From Hyphobacterium sp. (GTDB lineage Bacteria > Pseudomonadota > Alphaproteobacteria > Caulobacterales > Maricaulaceae): 64,000 bases of DNA. The stretch is taken from assembly GCF_965217055.1 (NCBI RefSeq), contig NZ_OZ244227.1, forward strand, positions 1,283,652-1,347,651, read 5' to 3'. How positions within the stretch are numbered: position 1 is the first letter of the stretch; each line of letters starts with the position of its first letter. The position numbers were made by a program, and so were the translations under genes. The notes beneath the pieces were generated by a model, which was given only the letters and a program-made list of their open reading frames with translations, did not search any database and was not told where the DNA came from. Positions 17,405 to 25,558 of this stretch are shown here, piece by piece.

Positions 17405-19720
17405 TCAATAACGGAAGGCGATGGTGCCGGTGACGGTCCGCGGATCGCCGTAGAAGGCGGTCAGCGTTCCCTCGAGGCCGAGCTCCGGAGCCAGCGTCGC
17501 ATTGTTCACAAAATCGTAGCCGGCGACGATATAGCGCTCGTCGGTCAGGTTGCGACCGTGGATGCCGAACTGCCAGCGGCCATCGTCGGAGTCCCATACA
17601 AGGCTCGCATTCCAGAGCGTGAAAGCTTCCTGGTCGATGCGGTCGAACGGGATCTCGAACTGGGTCGAATCCCCGCGATGGGACAAGGTGTTGAGGATGG
17701 TCAGCTCGCCGTTGCGCAGCGGCGTCGTATAGGTGAGCGTCGCGGCTGCCGTCAGTTCCGGCGTGTTCTGGATCTCGACCTGGTTGGAGATATCCTGGCC
17801 AAACGCATTGATGAAGGTTCCGTACTCGCCGTCGAGCAGGCCCAGGGCCCAGTCCAGTGACAGGGTATCGCCGCGGCCCGACATGTCGTCGGAAATCAGC
17901 AGCGAGCCTTCGTATTCGAGGCCGTTGATCGTGGCTTCGGCGGCGTTGGTGGTGACGCCCGTGAAGGTGTCATTGACGCCGTCGCCATCCGTGTCGACGC
18001 CGACCGAACCCGGGATCTGGACGTCCTGGTAGTCCATGAAGAAGACGGCGAGCGCATGGCGATAGCGGCCATTGTCGTAACGCCAACCGATCTCGTAGCT
18101 GTCCACTTCTTCCGGGTTGAAGCCCATGAAGTTGTAGATCTCATCAGCGCTGACATTGCCGTCGCCGTTAAAGTCCGGCGCCGCCGTGGTCTGGCCGCGG
18201 GGGTCGAAGCTGCCGCCCTTGAAGCCCTGGCTGTAGGAGCCGTAGATCGCGCTCTGGTCGTTGATCGTGAACAACAGCGAGGCGCGCGGCGAGAAATCGT
18301 CCCATTCGGCGCTGCCCTGGAAGTCGGACGTCGTCGCAATCAGCGTCGGGCTGCCGCCGAAGAATTCGGAGAAACCGCCAATATAGGTGCGGCGCAACAC
18401 GCGCGATGTGCGCTGGTCATTGGTGTAGCGGCCACCGATCGAGGCGCTGACCCATTCATTCAGGTCAAAACTGACATCGGCAAACACCGACCAGGTCTCG
18501 GTGGAGACATCGCCGAAGGTCTGGGCATTGAGCCCCGGCAAGCCGATCAGGCTGCCAAGCGGGCCGAGCACCACGTCAAACACCGTGCTGGCATTGGCAT
18601 CGAGATAATAGAGGCCGCCGACACCGCTGATCCGGTCGCCTTCGAACAGGATCTGGAATTCCTGGGAGAACTGGTCGTTCTCGTAGATCGCCGGAACGTC
18701 GAGATCGTCTGCCGGCAGGCTGTCGAAATCGATCGGCGTCGTCGATTCGTCCTGGCGATAGGACGTGATGCTGCGGAAGCTCCAATTGTCGTCATGCTGG
18801 TATTCGGCGAGCAGCGTGCCGCCAGACGCCTCGACATGCTGGTCGACGACATTGAGGCCGGCGCGGGTATCGTAGACATCGTTGAGCACAGGGGCGCCCG
18901 AGAAAGCCCCCGGGATCAGGCGGTGACCCTGGCGCGGCGCCGAATCGTCGGTCACCGTGTCACCGGACAGGCGGAAGAACCACTGGGCGTTGGGCTCGAA
19001 CTCGGCCGAAGCGCGGAAGGCCAGCACTTCCTTGTTGTAATTGTCCTGACCGGTCACGAGATTGCTGCCATAGCCGCCGCGATTGAGGCTGGCGACAGCG
19101 GCGCCGACGCGGAAGGTCTCGCTTAGCGGGGCCGATCCGGAGACGATGGCGTCGATCTGCTCATAGCTGCCGATATTGAGCCGGGCGTTCAGCGTCGGCG
19201 CGTCGGGATCGAGCCGGCGGGTGATGTATTTCACGGCGCCGCCGATCGTGTTGCGGCCGTAGAGCGTGCCCTGCGGACCGCGCAGGACTTCGATGGCCTG
19301 CACGTCGTAGATGTCGAGCACGGCCGCCTGCGGGCGGTTGAGATAGACATCGTCGAGATAGATGCCGACACCGGATTCAAACCCGGCCACCGGATCCTGC
19401 TGGCCAACGCCGCGGATGAAAGCCGTCAGTGTTGAATTGGTACCGCGGGAGACTTCCAGAGTGACGTTCGGCGTTGTCTGGCCGACAAAGGTGATGTCCT
19501 GGGCGCCCGATGTTTCCAGCGCGTCACCGGAAAAAGCCGTAACCGAGACCGGCACGTCCATGATGGATTCCTCGCGCCGGCGCGCGGTCACGGTGACGGT
19601 GTCGCGCTGGCCGTCCATGGTGGTGTCGTCCTGAGCTGCCGCAGGGGCGGCCATGACCGGCAGAAGCGACACGCTGGCCAGAAGCGCGGCGAGCCGAACG
19701 GAATGATTGCGGTATTTCAT
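17405..19720 (-). CDS. TonB-dependent receptor
   Basis: Signal peptide ..MAAPAAAQ, plug motifs DTVTVTARR and IEVLRGPQGTLYGRNTIGGA, long beta-barrel, aromatic C-terminus (IAFRY). ATG 19720 is preceded by GGAGGGAG. Confidence 0.9.
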   Translation of the reverse strand: MKYRNHSVRLAALLASVSLLPVMAAPAAAQDDTTMDGQRDTVTVTARRREESIMDVPVSVTAFSGDALETSGAQDITFVGQTTPNVTLEVSRGTNSTLTAFIRGVGQQDPVAGFESGVGIYLDDVYLNRPQAAVLDIYDVQAIEVLRGPQGTLYGRNTIGGAVKYITRRLDPDAPTLNARLNIGSYEQIDAIVSGSAPLSETFRVGAAVASLNRGGYGSNLVTGQDNYNKEVLAFRASAEFEPNAQWFFRLSGDTVTDDSAPRQGHRLIPGAFSGAPVLNDVYDTRAGLNVVDQHVEASGGTLLAEYQHDDNWSFRSITSYRQDESTTPIDFDSLPADDLDVPAIYENDQFSQEFQILFEGDRISGVGGLYYLDANASTVFDVVLGPLGSLIGLPGLNAQTFGDVSTETWSVFADVSFDLNEWVSASIGGRYTNDQRTSRVLRRTYIGGFSEFFGGSPTLIATTSDFQGSAEWDDFSPRASLLFTINDQSAIYGSYSQGFKGGSFDPRGQTTAAPDFNGDGNVSADEIYNFMGFNPEEVDSYEIGWRYDNGRYRHALAVFFMDYQDVQIPGSVGVDTDGDGVNDTFTGVTTNAAEATINGLEYEGSLLISDDMSGRGDTLSLDWALGLLDGEYGTFINAFGQDISNQVEIQNTPELTAAATLTYTTPLRNGELTILNTLSHRGDSTQFEIPFDRIDQEAFTLWNASLVWDSDDGRWQFGIHGRNLTDERYIVAGYDFVNNATLAPELGLEGTLTAFYGDPRTVTGTIAFRY

Positions 19721-19814
19721 GGTGATCTCCCTCCAGCCCTGCGGTGATTTTCGCTGACCTCGAAACACGCACGCGGCCACCGACCCGACAGGGTCCTTTC
19801 ATGTTTATTGCCGC

Positions 19815-19830
19815 CAACAAATTCAACGCT
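19815..19830. promoter_or_regulatory. Candidate TetR operator, copy 1 (CAACAAATTCAACGCT)
   Basis: Exact 16-mer also found at 20618-20633. Lies in the TonB-receptor/tetR divergent spacer and overlaps the dyad TTCAAC-gcta-GTTGAA. Confidence 0.45.
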
Positions 19831-19969
19831 AGTTGAAATGTCAATCGAAATTCATTGAGCGTTGAAATTAGTTCCGGATGTCGGCATTGATGCAACACCG
19901 GCAAATGGCTTGCGGGATGACCGGCCGGATGCGAGGGTCATTCGCAAACCTCTGATCAGGGGAGACAAA

Positions 19970-20608
19970 TTGGCCAACCGGGGTGAGATCACGCGGCAGA
20001 AGATTCTCGATTCTGCCGAGAAACTCTTTGCGCGACGCGGTTATCATGGTGTCACCATCCGGCAGATCACCCAGGATGCGGACGTCGATACGGCGCTGGC
20101 CAATTATCATTTCGGCAGCAAGCGGAATCTGTTCGATGCCGTGCTTCTGCGCCGCGCCGAGGAGCTCAACGAAGTGCGGCTGCACCGGCTCGAGGAAATC
20201 GAGGCCGCCGCCGAGAACGGCGTTGCCAGCCTGGAGGACATCATCGATGCCTTCTCGCATCCGCTGCTCGAGAAATCGGCGCGCGGCGGCCCCGGCTGGA
20301 AGAGCTATTTTGCGCTGATCGCCCAGATCAACAACTCGCCGGAATGGGGCGGCAAGCTGATGACGGAGTATTTCGATCCTCTGGTGCGGCGCTTCATCGC
20401 CGCCATCAAGCGCGCTCTGCCCGACGCGTCGGAAGCCGACATTTACTGGAGCTATCACTTTTTTTCCGGCGCGCTGGTGCTGACCTATGCCGAGACCGGC
20501 CGCATCGACAATCTGTCGGACGGGGTCGTTCATTCCAGCGACCTCGATGCCGTTCAGCTGCGCCTGCCGCCCTTCATCGCGGCCGGGTTCCGGCGGCTTT
20601 GCGAGTAA
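19970..20608 (+). CDS. TetR/AcrR family transcriptional regulator
   Basis: HTH ILDSAEKLFARRGYHGVTIRQITQDADVDTALANYHFGSKRNLF. TTG 19970 with GGGGAG upstream is favoured; the track ORF begins at 19862. Confidence 0.85.
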   Translation: MANRGEITRQKILDSAEKLFARRGYHGVTIRQITQDADVDTALANYHFGSKRNLFDAVLLRRAEELNEVRLHRLEEIEAAAENGVASLEDIIDAFSHPLLEKSARGGPGWKSYFALIAQINNSPEWGGKLMTEYFDPLVRRFIAAIKRALPDASEADIYWSYHFFSGALVLTYAETGRIDNLSDGVVHSSDLDAVQLRLPPFIAAGFRRLCE

Positions 20609-20617
20609 AGCCACACT

Positions 20618-20633
20618 CAACAAATTCAACGCT
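20618..20633. promoter_or_regulatory. Candidate TetR operator, copy 2 (CAACAAATTCAACGCT)
   Basis: Same 16-mer as 19815-19830, located between the tetR stop and the acyl-CoA synthetase start. Embedded in the dyad TCAACAAA-N18-TTTGTTGA. Confidence 0.45.
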
Positions 20634-20705
20634 TGTCTAAATTTTGTTGACGGCAGCGCGCCTTCGCGCCCACCATGAGGTCGGGCTGAAGGGGAGGCTC
20701 GCAGC

Positions 20706-22256
20706 ATGCCATTGCGGCTGACATCGCACGCACCGTTCTTTCCCGAGATCCTGTCACTGCACGCGCGCTGGCGCAGCGGACAGGCGGCGCTGGTCTGTGA
20801 GAAAAGCGGCACGCTGAGCTGGGCCGAATTCGAGGCGGCTGCCAATCGCCGGGCCAATGCCTTCCTGGCTTCCGGACTGCAACCGGGCGACGCCATCGCC
20901 CTGGCCATGTCGAACAGCGCGGAAATGGCGCTGGTGATTGCCGCGGCGATGAAGGCCGGGCTGGTCACCGCGCCGCTCAATACCAGCGTCCAGCCGGATG
21001 CCATGCTGACGATGATCAGAGACGCAGGGGCGCGTGCGGTCGTCGCATCGCCAACCCATGCCGCATCGCTGGACGCTGCCGCGGCAGATGCCGGCGGCAA
21101 ACTGCCCGAGCTGAAGCTGCTCGACGGCACTGACCATTCCGTCTGGCAGGCGCTGGACGCATGGGCGCAAGGCGCTGCCGACAGCCCGCCGGCCTGGCGC
21201 GCGAAGCGCGACGATCCGCTCAACATCATCTATTCGTCGGGGACGACCGGGCAGCCGAAGGGCATTTTGCACACGCACGGCACGCGGCTCGACTGGGCCT
21301 ATGATCTTGCCATCGCTCTGCGTTATCATTCCGGCGCCCGCACGCTGGTCGCGCTGGGGCTTTATTCCAATATCAGCTGGGTGATGATGCTGTGCACCTG
21401 GCTGGCCGGCGGCACGCTGCACATTCGTCCCGGCTTCAGCGCGGCCGATGTGCAGGACCAGACCGCCCGACATGGCATCACGCACACCGCCATGGTGCCG
21501 GTGCAGTATCAACGCGTTCTCGACGATCCGGGTTTCGATGCCGGCCAGCTGGCTTCGCTGCAATACGTGATGTCCTGCGGATCGCCCTTACTGGCGCACA
21601 CCAAGGCAGCCTGGCTGGAAATCTGTCCCGGGGTGATCGAGCTCTACGGGCTGACCGAGGGGCTGATCACGACACTGGACCCGGAGGATGCGCCGGGCCG
21701 GCTGGCCTCGGTCGGCAAGCCGCTGGCGGGTACCGATATCCGAATCCTCGACGATGACAACCAGAATTGCGCTCCCGGCACCGCCGGAGAGATTGTCGGC
21801 CGCGGCCGGATCGCCATGCCCTTCTATCACAATCGATCCGATGCGACCCGCGAGGCGAGCTGGACGGACGAGACCGGCGCTGTCTGGCTGCGCACCGGCG
21901 ATATCGGCCAGCTGGACGAAGACGGTTTCCTCTACATTGTCGATCGCAAGAAGGACATGATCGTGTCCGGCGGACAGAATATCTATCCCAAGGACATCGA
22001 GACGGTGCTGATCGGGCACGAGGCCATCGCCGATGTCGCGGTAATCGGCATTCCCGACGCCAAATGGGGCGAAACACCGCTGGCAATCATCGTCGCTGCG
22101 AACGGCGAGGCGCCGGGTGCAATGGCCCTGGTCGAGTGGGCAAACGCCAGGCTGGGCAAGCAGCAACGCCTGCGTGGCGCGCGCTTTGTCGACGAATTGC
22201 CGCGCAATGCGAACGGCAAGGTGCTGAAACGCGAACTGCGTGCCCGGTTCGGATAG
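20706..22256 (+). CDS. AMP-dependent synthetase/ligase (acyl-CoA synthetase)
   Basis: 516 aa. AMP-binding signature IIYSSGTTGQPKGILHTHG and GDIGQLDEDGFLYIVDRKKDMI. Confidence 0.9.
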   Translation: MPLRLTSHAPFFPEILSLHARWRSGQAALVCEKSGTLSWAEFEAAANRRANAFLASGLQPGDAIALAMSNSAEMALVIAAAMKAGLVTAPLNTSVQPDAMLTMIRDAGARAVVASPTHAASLDAAAADAGGKLPELKLLDGTDHSVWQALDAWAQGAADSPPAWRAKRDDPLNIIYSSGTTGQPKGILHTHGTRLDWAYDLAIALRYHSGARTLVALGLYSNISWVMMLCTWLAGGTLHIRPGFSAADVQDQTARHGITHTAMVPVQYQRVLDDPGFDAGQLASLQYVMSCGSPLLAHTKAAWLEICPGVIELYGLTEGLITTLDPEDAPGRLASVGKPLAGTDIRILDDDNQNCAPGTAGEIVGRGRIAMPFYHNRSDATREASWTDETGAVWLRTGDIGQLDEDGFLYIVDRKKDMIVSGGQNIYPKDIETVLIGHEAIADVAVIGIPDAKWGETPLAIIVAANGEAPGAMALVEWANARLGKQQRLRGARFVDELPRNANGKVLKRELRARFG

Positions 22257-22290
22257 AAAACGGACCGGAGACAACGCTCCGGCCCGGCTT

Positions 22291-22315
22291 GATCCGTCGA
22301 AGGATCAGAGTTTTT
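22291..22315 (+). terminator. Intrinsic terminator after the acyl-CoA synthetase gene
   Basis: GATCC-gtcgaa-GGATC followed by agagTTTTT. A second hairpin, CCGGAG-acaacg-CTCCGG, lies at 22265-22282. Confidence 0.5.
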
Positions 22316-22320
22316 CCGTC

Positions 22321-22839
22321 CTAGCGGCGGTGCGCGTAGGACCCTGCGAATTCCCATTCGCCATGGCTGTTGCGGCACATTTCGAACGAGCCGCGATCAT
22401 AGTCACCATATCCCGACCAGGATTCGGATTCGAAACTGGCGCAGGTCTGGTGGCCGCGACGATAATAATCGCGGGGCTGGATGGCGCCCTTCGCACCGGT
22501 CCTGGGATTTTCCCAATAGGACGGTGCCCGATACTCTGCGGACCAGCCGCTGGCATGGGCATACTGGCGCTCGTCACACTCGTTGAAGCGGCCCGAGAGC
22601 CCGACATTCACGTTCAGGACCGGACCAACATCCAGCATTGCGCCCAAACCCAGCCCGCCAGACGAGCGCGGCTGGCAAGCGCGCTCGAAATAACGGAAAT
22701 TCTGGCGGTCGTAACCGCCCTCGTAATAGCTGTGGTGATAGCTGAAACTGGTGGATCCACCCGATTGTGCGTAGGCACCGGCGCTTGCGAGCGCGACCAG
22801 CGGCAAGGCGGTGGCGAGGAAAAGCTTCTGAATCTGCAT
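22321..22839 (-). CDS. Secreted Tyr/Gly-rich 4-Cys protein, unknown family
   Basis: 172 aa from ATG 22839 (AGGAGGA SD). Signal peptide MQIQKLFLATALPLVALASAGAYA/Q; four Cys. An ECF-type promoter lies just upstream. Confidence 0.75.
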   Translation of the reverse strand: MQIQKLFLATALPLVALASAGAYAQSGGSTSFSYHHSYYEGGYDRQNFRYFERACQPRSSGGLGLGAMLDVGPVLNVNVGLSGRFNECDERQYAHASGWSAEYRAPSYWENPRTGAKGAIQPRDYYRRGHQTCASFESESWSGYGDYDRGSFEMCRNSHGEWEFAGSYAHRR

Positions 22840-22877
22840 GACATCCTCCTTTGCAAATGACGTCCTGCAAGGAAGAC

Positions 22878-22903
22878 AACGCATGACAGGCGATTTTTAT
22901 TCC
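22878..22903 (-). promoter_or_regulatory. ECF-type promoter GGAATAA-N15-CGTTGTCT for the 4-Cys protein gene
   Basis: Read on the minus strand. The -35 overlaps the anti-sigma stop codon and the -10 lies 38 nt before ATG 22839. Confidence 0.5.
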
Positions 22904-23592
22904 CGCCAATCTGCAGCGGCCGCCCGTTCGACGGATTCGGCATCCAGAGGGTCGCCGTCAATGCGCCGGTCAATCTCGTCCAACAGGGTGGACGGAAGGG
23001 GCGACGCAGCGAGCTGGTAGCCTGCCGCCGGCCTTTCCTCGCCGGAGATCAGCAATTGCACCTGCCAGCCCTGTTCCGCGCGGCAGGCGAGACCACGCGT
23101 GGCAGCGGACGTCCCGGCGAAAGCACGGCAATATCGTCCGCTCTCGTCGCGGAAGGTGACCGGAATCTGCCAGGCCTCGCTGCCAACAGGGGCATCGAGA
23201 GCTGCCGCGAGCTGCGCATTGGCCAATGTTGACTGCCCGGAAATGCCGGAATCCGTTGCCAGGAACTGGGCGCCAACAAAAAGGCCCAGCGCCAGACTTG
23301 CCAGCGCGGCCAGTCCCGGTGCTGCCAGGGGACCGGTGAACCAGTTGCGAATCCGGTCGGCCACGCCGTAGGCGGGCGCCTCCTCGCCCAGCAAGGCGGC
23401 GAACCGCCGGGGCACCGGATCGTTGGCGACGGGCGCATAGTGTGAGCGGATCCTGTTGGCGAGACGACGCTGCGCCTGTGTACGTGCGGCAAGGTCCGGA
23501 TCGGCCTCGAGGTCAGCTTCGAAACGGGCCTGACTTTCAGCCGGCATCTCGCCATCGACGAAAGCCAGAATGTCTTCATCGCGCCAGCTCAT
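22897..23592 (-). CDS. Single-pass membrane anti-sigma factor
   Basis: 231 aa. The start overlaps the sigma gene stop by 4 nt. N-terminal anti-sigma-like helix (DEDILAFVDGEMPAESQARFEADLEADP), central TM helix, periplasmic domain with 2 Cys. Confidence 0.75.
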   Translation of the reverse strand: MSWRDEDILAFVDGEMPAESQARFEADLEADPDLAARTQAQRRLANRIRSHYAPVANDPVPRRFAALLGEEAPAYGVADRIRNWFTGPLAAPGLAALASLALGLFVGAQFLATDSGISGQSTLANAQLAAALDAPVGSEAWQIPVTFRDESGRYCRAFAGTSAATRGLACRAEQGWQVQLLISGEERPAAGYQLAASPLPSTLLDEIDRRIDGDPLDAESVERAAAADWRE

Positions 23593-24101
23593 GCGGCGTC
23601 TCCCTCGCTCTCGGACAATTGCGCTTCAAGCGCCTGGCGACCACGCGCCAGGCGGCTGGTCAGCGTGCCCATCGGTATGTCGAGTACGGATGCCGCTTCC
23701 TTGTAGGACAAGCCCTCCACGAGGACGAGCGAAACCGCGATGCGCTGCTCGGCGGGCAAGGTCTGCATTGCGGCCTCGACGGACAGGGCGCGGATCCGCT
23801 TGTCGAATGCCGGGTCCTCGGCCCCGACGCCGGTTCCGGCCTCTTCCGGCGCAAAAGTGGCGGCCCGCCGGGTGCGGGCCCTGATCTCGTCGATCCAGAT
23901 ATTCTTGATGATCCTGTACATCCAGCTGTCCAGTCTTGTCCCGGCCTGAAACTGGCCCGACCGGGTCAGCGCTCGCTCCAGCGCCATCTGGAGCAGATCG
24001 TCGGCATCTGCGTCATTGGGCGCCAGAGACCGGCTGAACCGCCGCAAGCGCGGCATGATTTCCAGCAATCCCGCCCGAAATTCGGCATCTTTTCGCGGCA
24101 T
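23589..24101 (-). CDS. ECF (sigma-70 family) RNA polymerase sigma factor
   Basis: Region 2 (ADDLLQMALERAL ... DSWMYRIIKNIWIDEIR) and region 4 (LVLVEGLSYKEAASVLDIPMGTLTSRLARGR). ATG 24101 preferred, because the track start at 24143 lies inside the promoter palindrome. Confidence 0.9.
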   Translation of the reverse strand: MPRKDAEFRAGLLEIMPRLRRFSRSLAPNDADADDLLQMALERALTRSGQFQAGTRLDSWMYRIIKNIWIDEIRARTRRAATFAPEEAGTGVGAEDPAFDKRIRALSVEAAMQTLPAEQRIAVSLVLVEGLSYKEAASVLDIPMGTLTSRLARGRQALEAQLSESEGDAA

Positions 24102-24115
24102 GCTATTATTCCGGC

Positions 24116-24148
24116 AACGAATGGAAGAATGCGTTTCTTCCATACGTT
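24116..24148. promoter_or_regulatory. 33-bp near-perfect palindrome holding two interdigitated divergent ECF-type promoters (GGAAGAA-N15-CGTT on each strand)
   Basis: AACGaATGGAAGAA-tgcgt-TTCTTCCATaCGTT. Plus-strand motif at 24123-24148, minus-strand motif at 24141-24116. Confidence 0.6.
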
Positions 24149-24205
24149 ATCGATTTTGCGGGTCCGGCATAGTCCGCCGGCTCAATGGAATCCGGAGGCC
24201 CTGAC

Positions 24206-25465
24206 GTGTTGCGCCTGTTGTTTCTTGCGGTGTTCTGGCTGGCCGCGGCGCCGGCCTTCGCCCAGCTCGGATTGCCCAACCGGCTGCCGGTGCGCCTGCC
24301 GGATACGCCGCTGGGCGAACCGGAGCGATTGCTGGACGAGCTTGATCGACGCGTCCTCGACGAGATCGAGGATGCCCGGCGTGACACGCTGAACACCTTG
24401 CTTCGCGCCCATCGCGATCTGCTGGAGCGGGCGCCGGGAGGCGATGTCGTGCTGCGCGGAGAAGTGATCGTGATCGATCCGTCGCCGGCCCTCCTCGCTC
24501 TGGCCAGTGCCGCCGGGTTCACCGTGATCGAGGACCGCAGCGAACCGGCGCTGAACTTGCGTTATCTGCGCTTGCGCGCGCCGAGGGGGATCGGCACCCA
24601 GGGCGCGCTTGGCCTGTTGCAGCAGTTCGATCCGGGCGGGCTGTTCGATCTCAACCCGATCTACACGCTGTCGGGTGAAGCAGGCGGCCGCAAGACCGTC
24701 CAGGACGCAGGGATCCGCAATGATGTGCGGATCGGCATGATCGATGCCGGAGTACCGGCCGATAGTTTCTCACCCGGGCAGGTGATGACCCGCGCCTTCC
24801 GCGGGTCGCGCGTCGCGCCGCACGAGCACGGTCTGCAGGTCGCCGCCATCCTGGCATCGGCCGACGGAGCGGCGCCGGGGGCGCGGCTCTTTGCTGCCGA
24901 TGTCTACGGCGGGGAACCGACCGGCGGCTCGGCCGACACGATCCTGCGGGCGCTGGGCTGGATGGCGGAAGCGGATGTGCGGGTCGTCAATATCAGCATT
25001 GTCGGACCGCGGAATGTCGCCTTGCGCGCCGCGATTGAACGCTTCACCGCACAAGGCCGGATCGTCGTCGCGGCGGTCGGCAATGACGGAGCAAATGCGC
25101 GGCCGCTCTATCCGGCCGCCTATCCGCAAGTGATTGCCGTAACCGGCGTTGATGCCAGCCATCGCATCCTGCCGGAGGCAGTGCAGGGCGATCATGTCGA
25201 CTTCGCGGCGCGCGGCATGGACATGGTCTGGCCGTCGCTGAACGGGCGGCGGGTACAGGTGCGCGGCACGTCTTTCGCCGCCCCGATCGTCGCCGGTCTC
25301 CTTGCCACGGAAATCGCCGCAGGACGTCCGCCACAGGACGCTGAAGCCGCGCTCGCCGCCAGCGCTCGCGATCTCGGCCGGCGCGGCCGCGACGATGTCT
25401 ACGGGCATGGCGCCGTGGGCGATAACCTGTTCCGCGCACGGCGAGCCGATCTGCGCCGCCGCTAG
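24206..25465 (+). CDS. S8 family (subtilisin-like) serine peptidase with N-terminal pro/extra domain
   Basis: Catalytic residues in IGMIDAG (D), HEHGLQVAAIL (H), AAVGNDG (N), GTSFAAPIVAG (S). Signal peptide VLRLLFLAVFWLAAAPAFA/Q. GTG 24206 with GGAGG 7 nt upstream is favoured over the track ATG 24185. Confidence 0.9.
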   Translation: MLRLLFLAVFWLAAAPAFAQLGLPNRLPVRLPDTPLGEPERLLDELDRRVLDEIEDARRDTLNTLLRAHRDLLERAPGGDVVLRGEVIVIDPSPALLALASAAGFTVIEDRSEPALNLRYLRLRAPRGIGTQGALGLLQQFDPGGLFDLNPIYTLSGEAGGRKTVQDAGIRNDVRIGMIDAGVPADSFSPGQVMTRAFRGSRVAPHEHGLQVAAILASADGAAPGARLFAADVYGGEPTGGSADTILRALGWMAEADVRVVNISIVGPRNVALRAAIERFTAQGRIVVAAVGNDGANARPLYPAAYPQVIAVTGVDASHRILPEAVQGDHVDFAARGMDMVWPSLNGRRVQVRGTSFAAPIVAGLLATEIAAGRPPQDAEAALAASARDLGRRGRDDVYGHGAVGDNLFRARRADLRRR

Positions 25466-25474
25466 CTTTATTCC

Positions 25475-25500
25475 GGAAGAAACCTCCCGCTCGATCCGTT
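25475..25500 (+). promoter_or_regulatory. ECF-type promoter GGAAGAA-N15-CGTTGTCT for the anchored low-complexity protein gene
   Basis: Same heptamer and spacing as the palindrome copies. Lies 59 nt before ATG 25559 (SD GAAGGGAGG). The track TTG start (25499) falls inside the -10. Confidence 0.55.
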
Positions 25501-25558
25501 GTCTGACATGACGGACCCGGCCCACCGGCCGGTTCCCGGTCCGCGAAGGGAGGATTTC

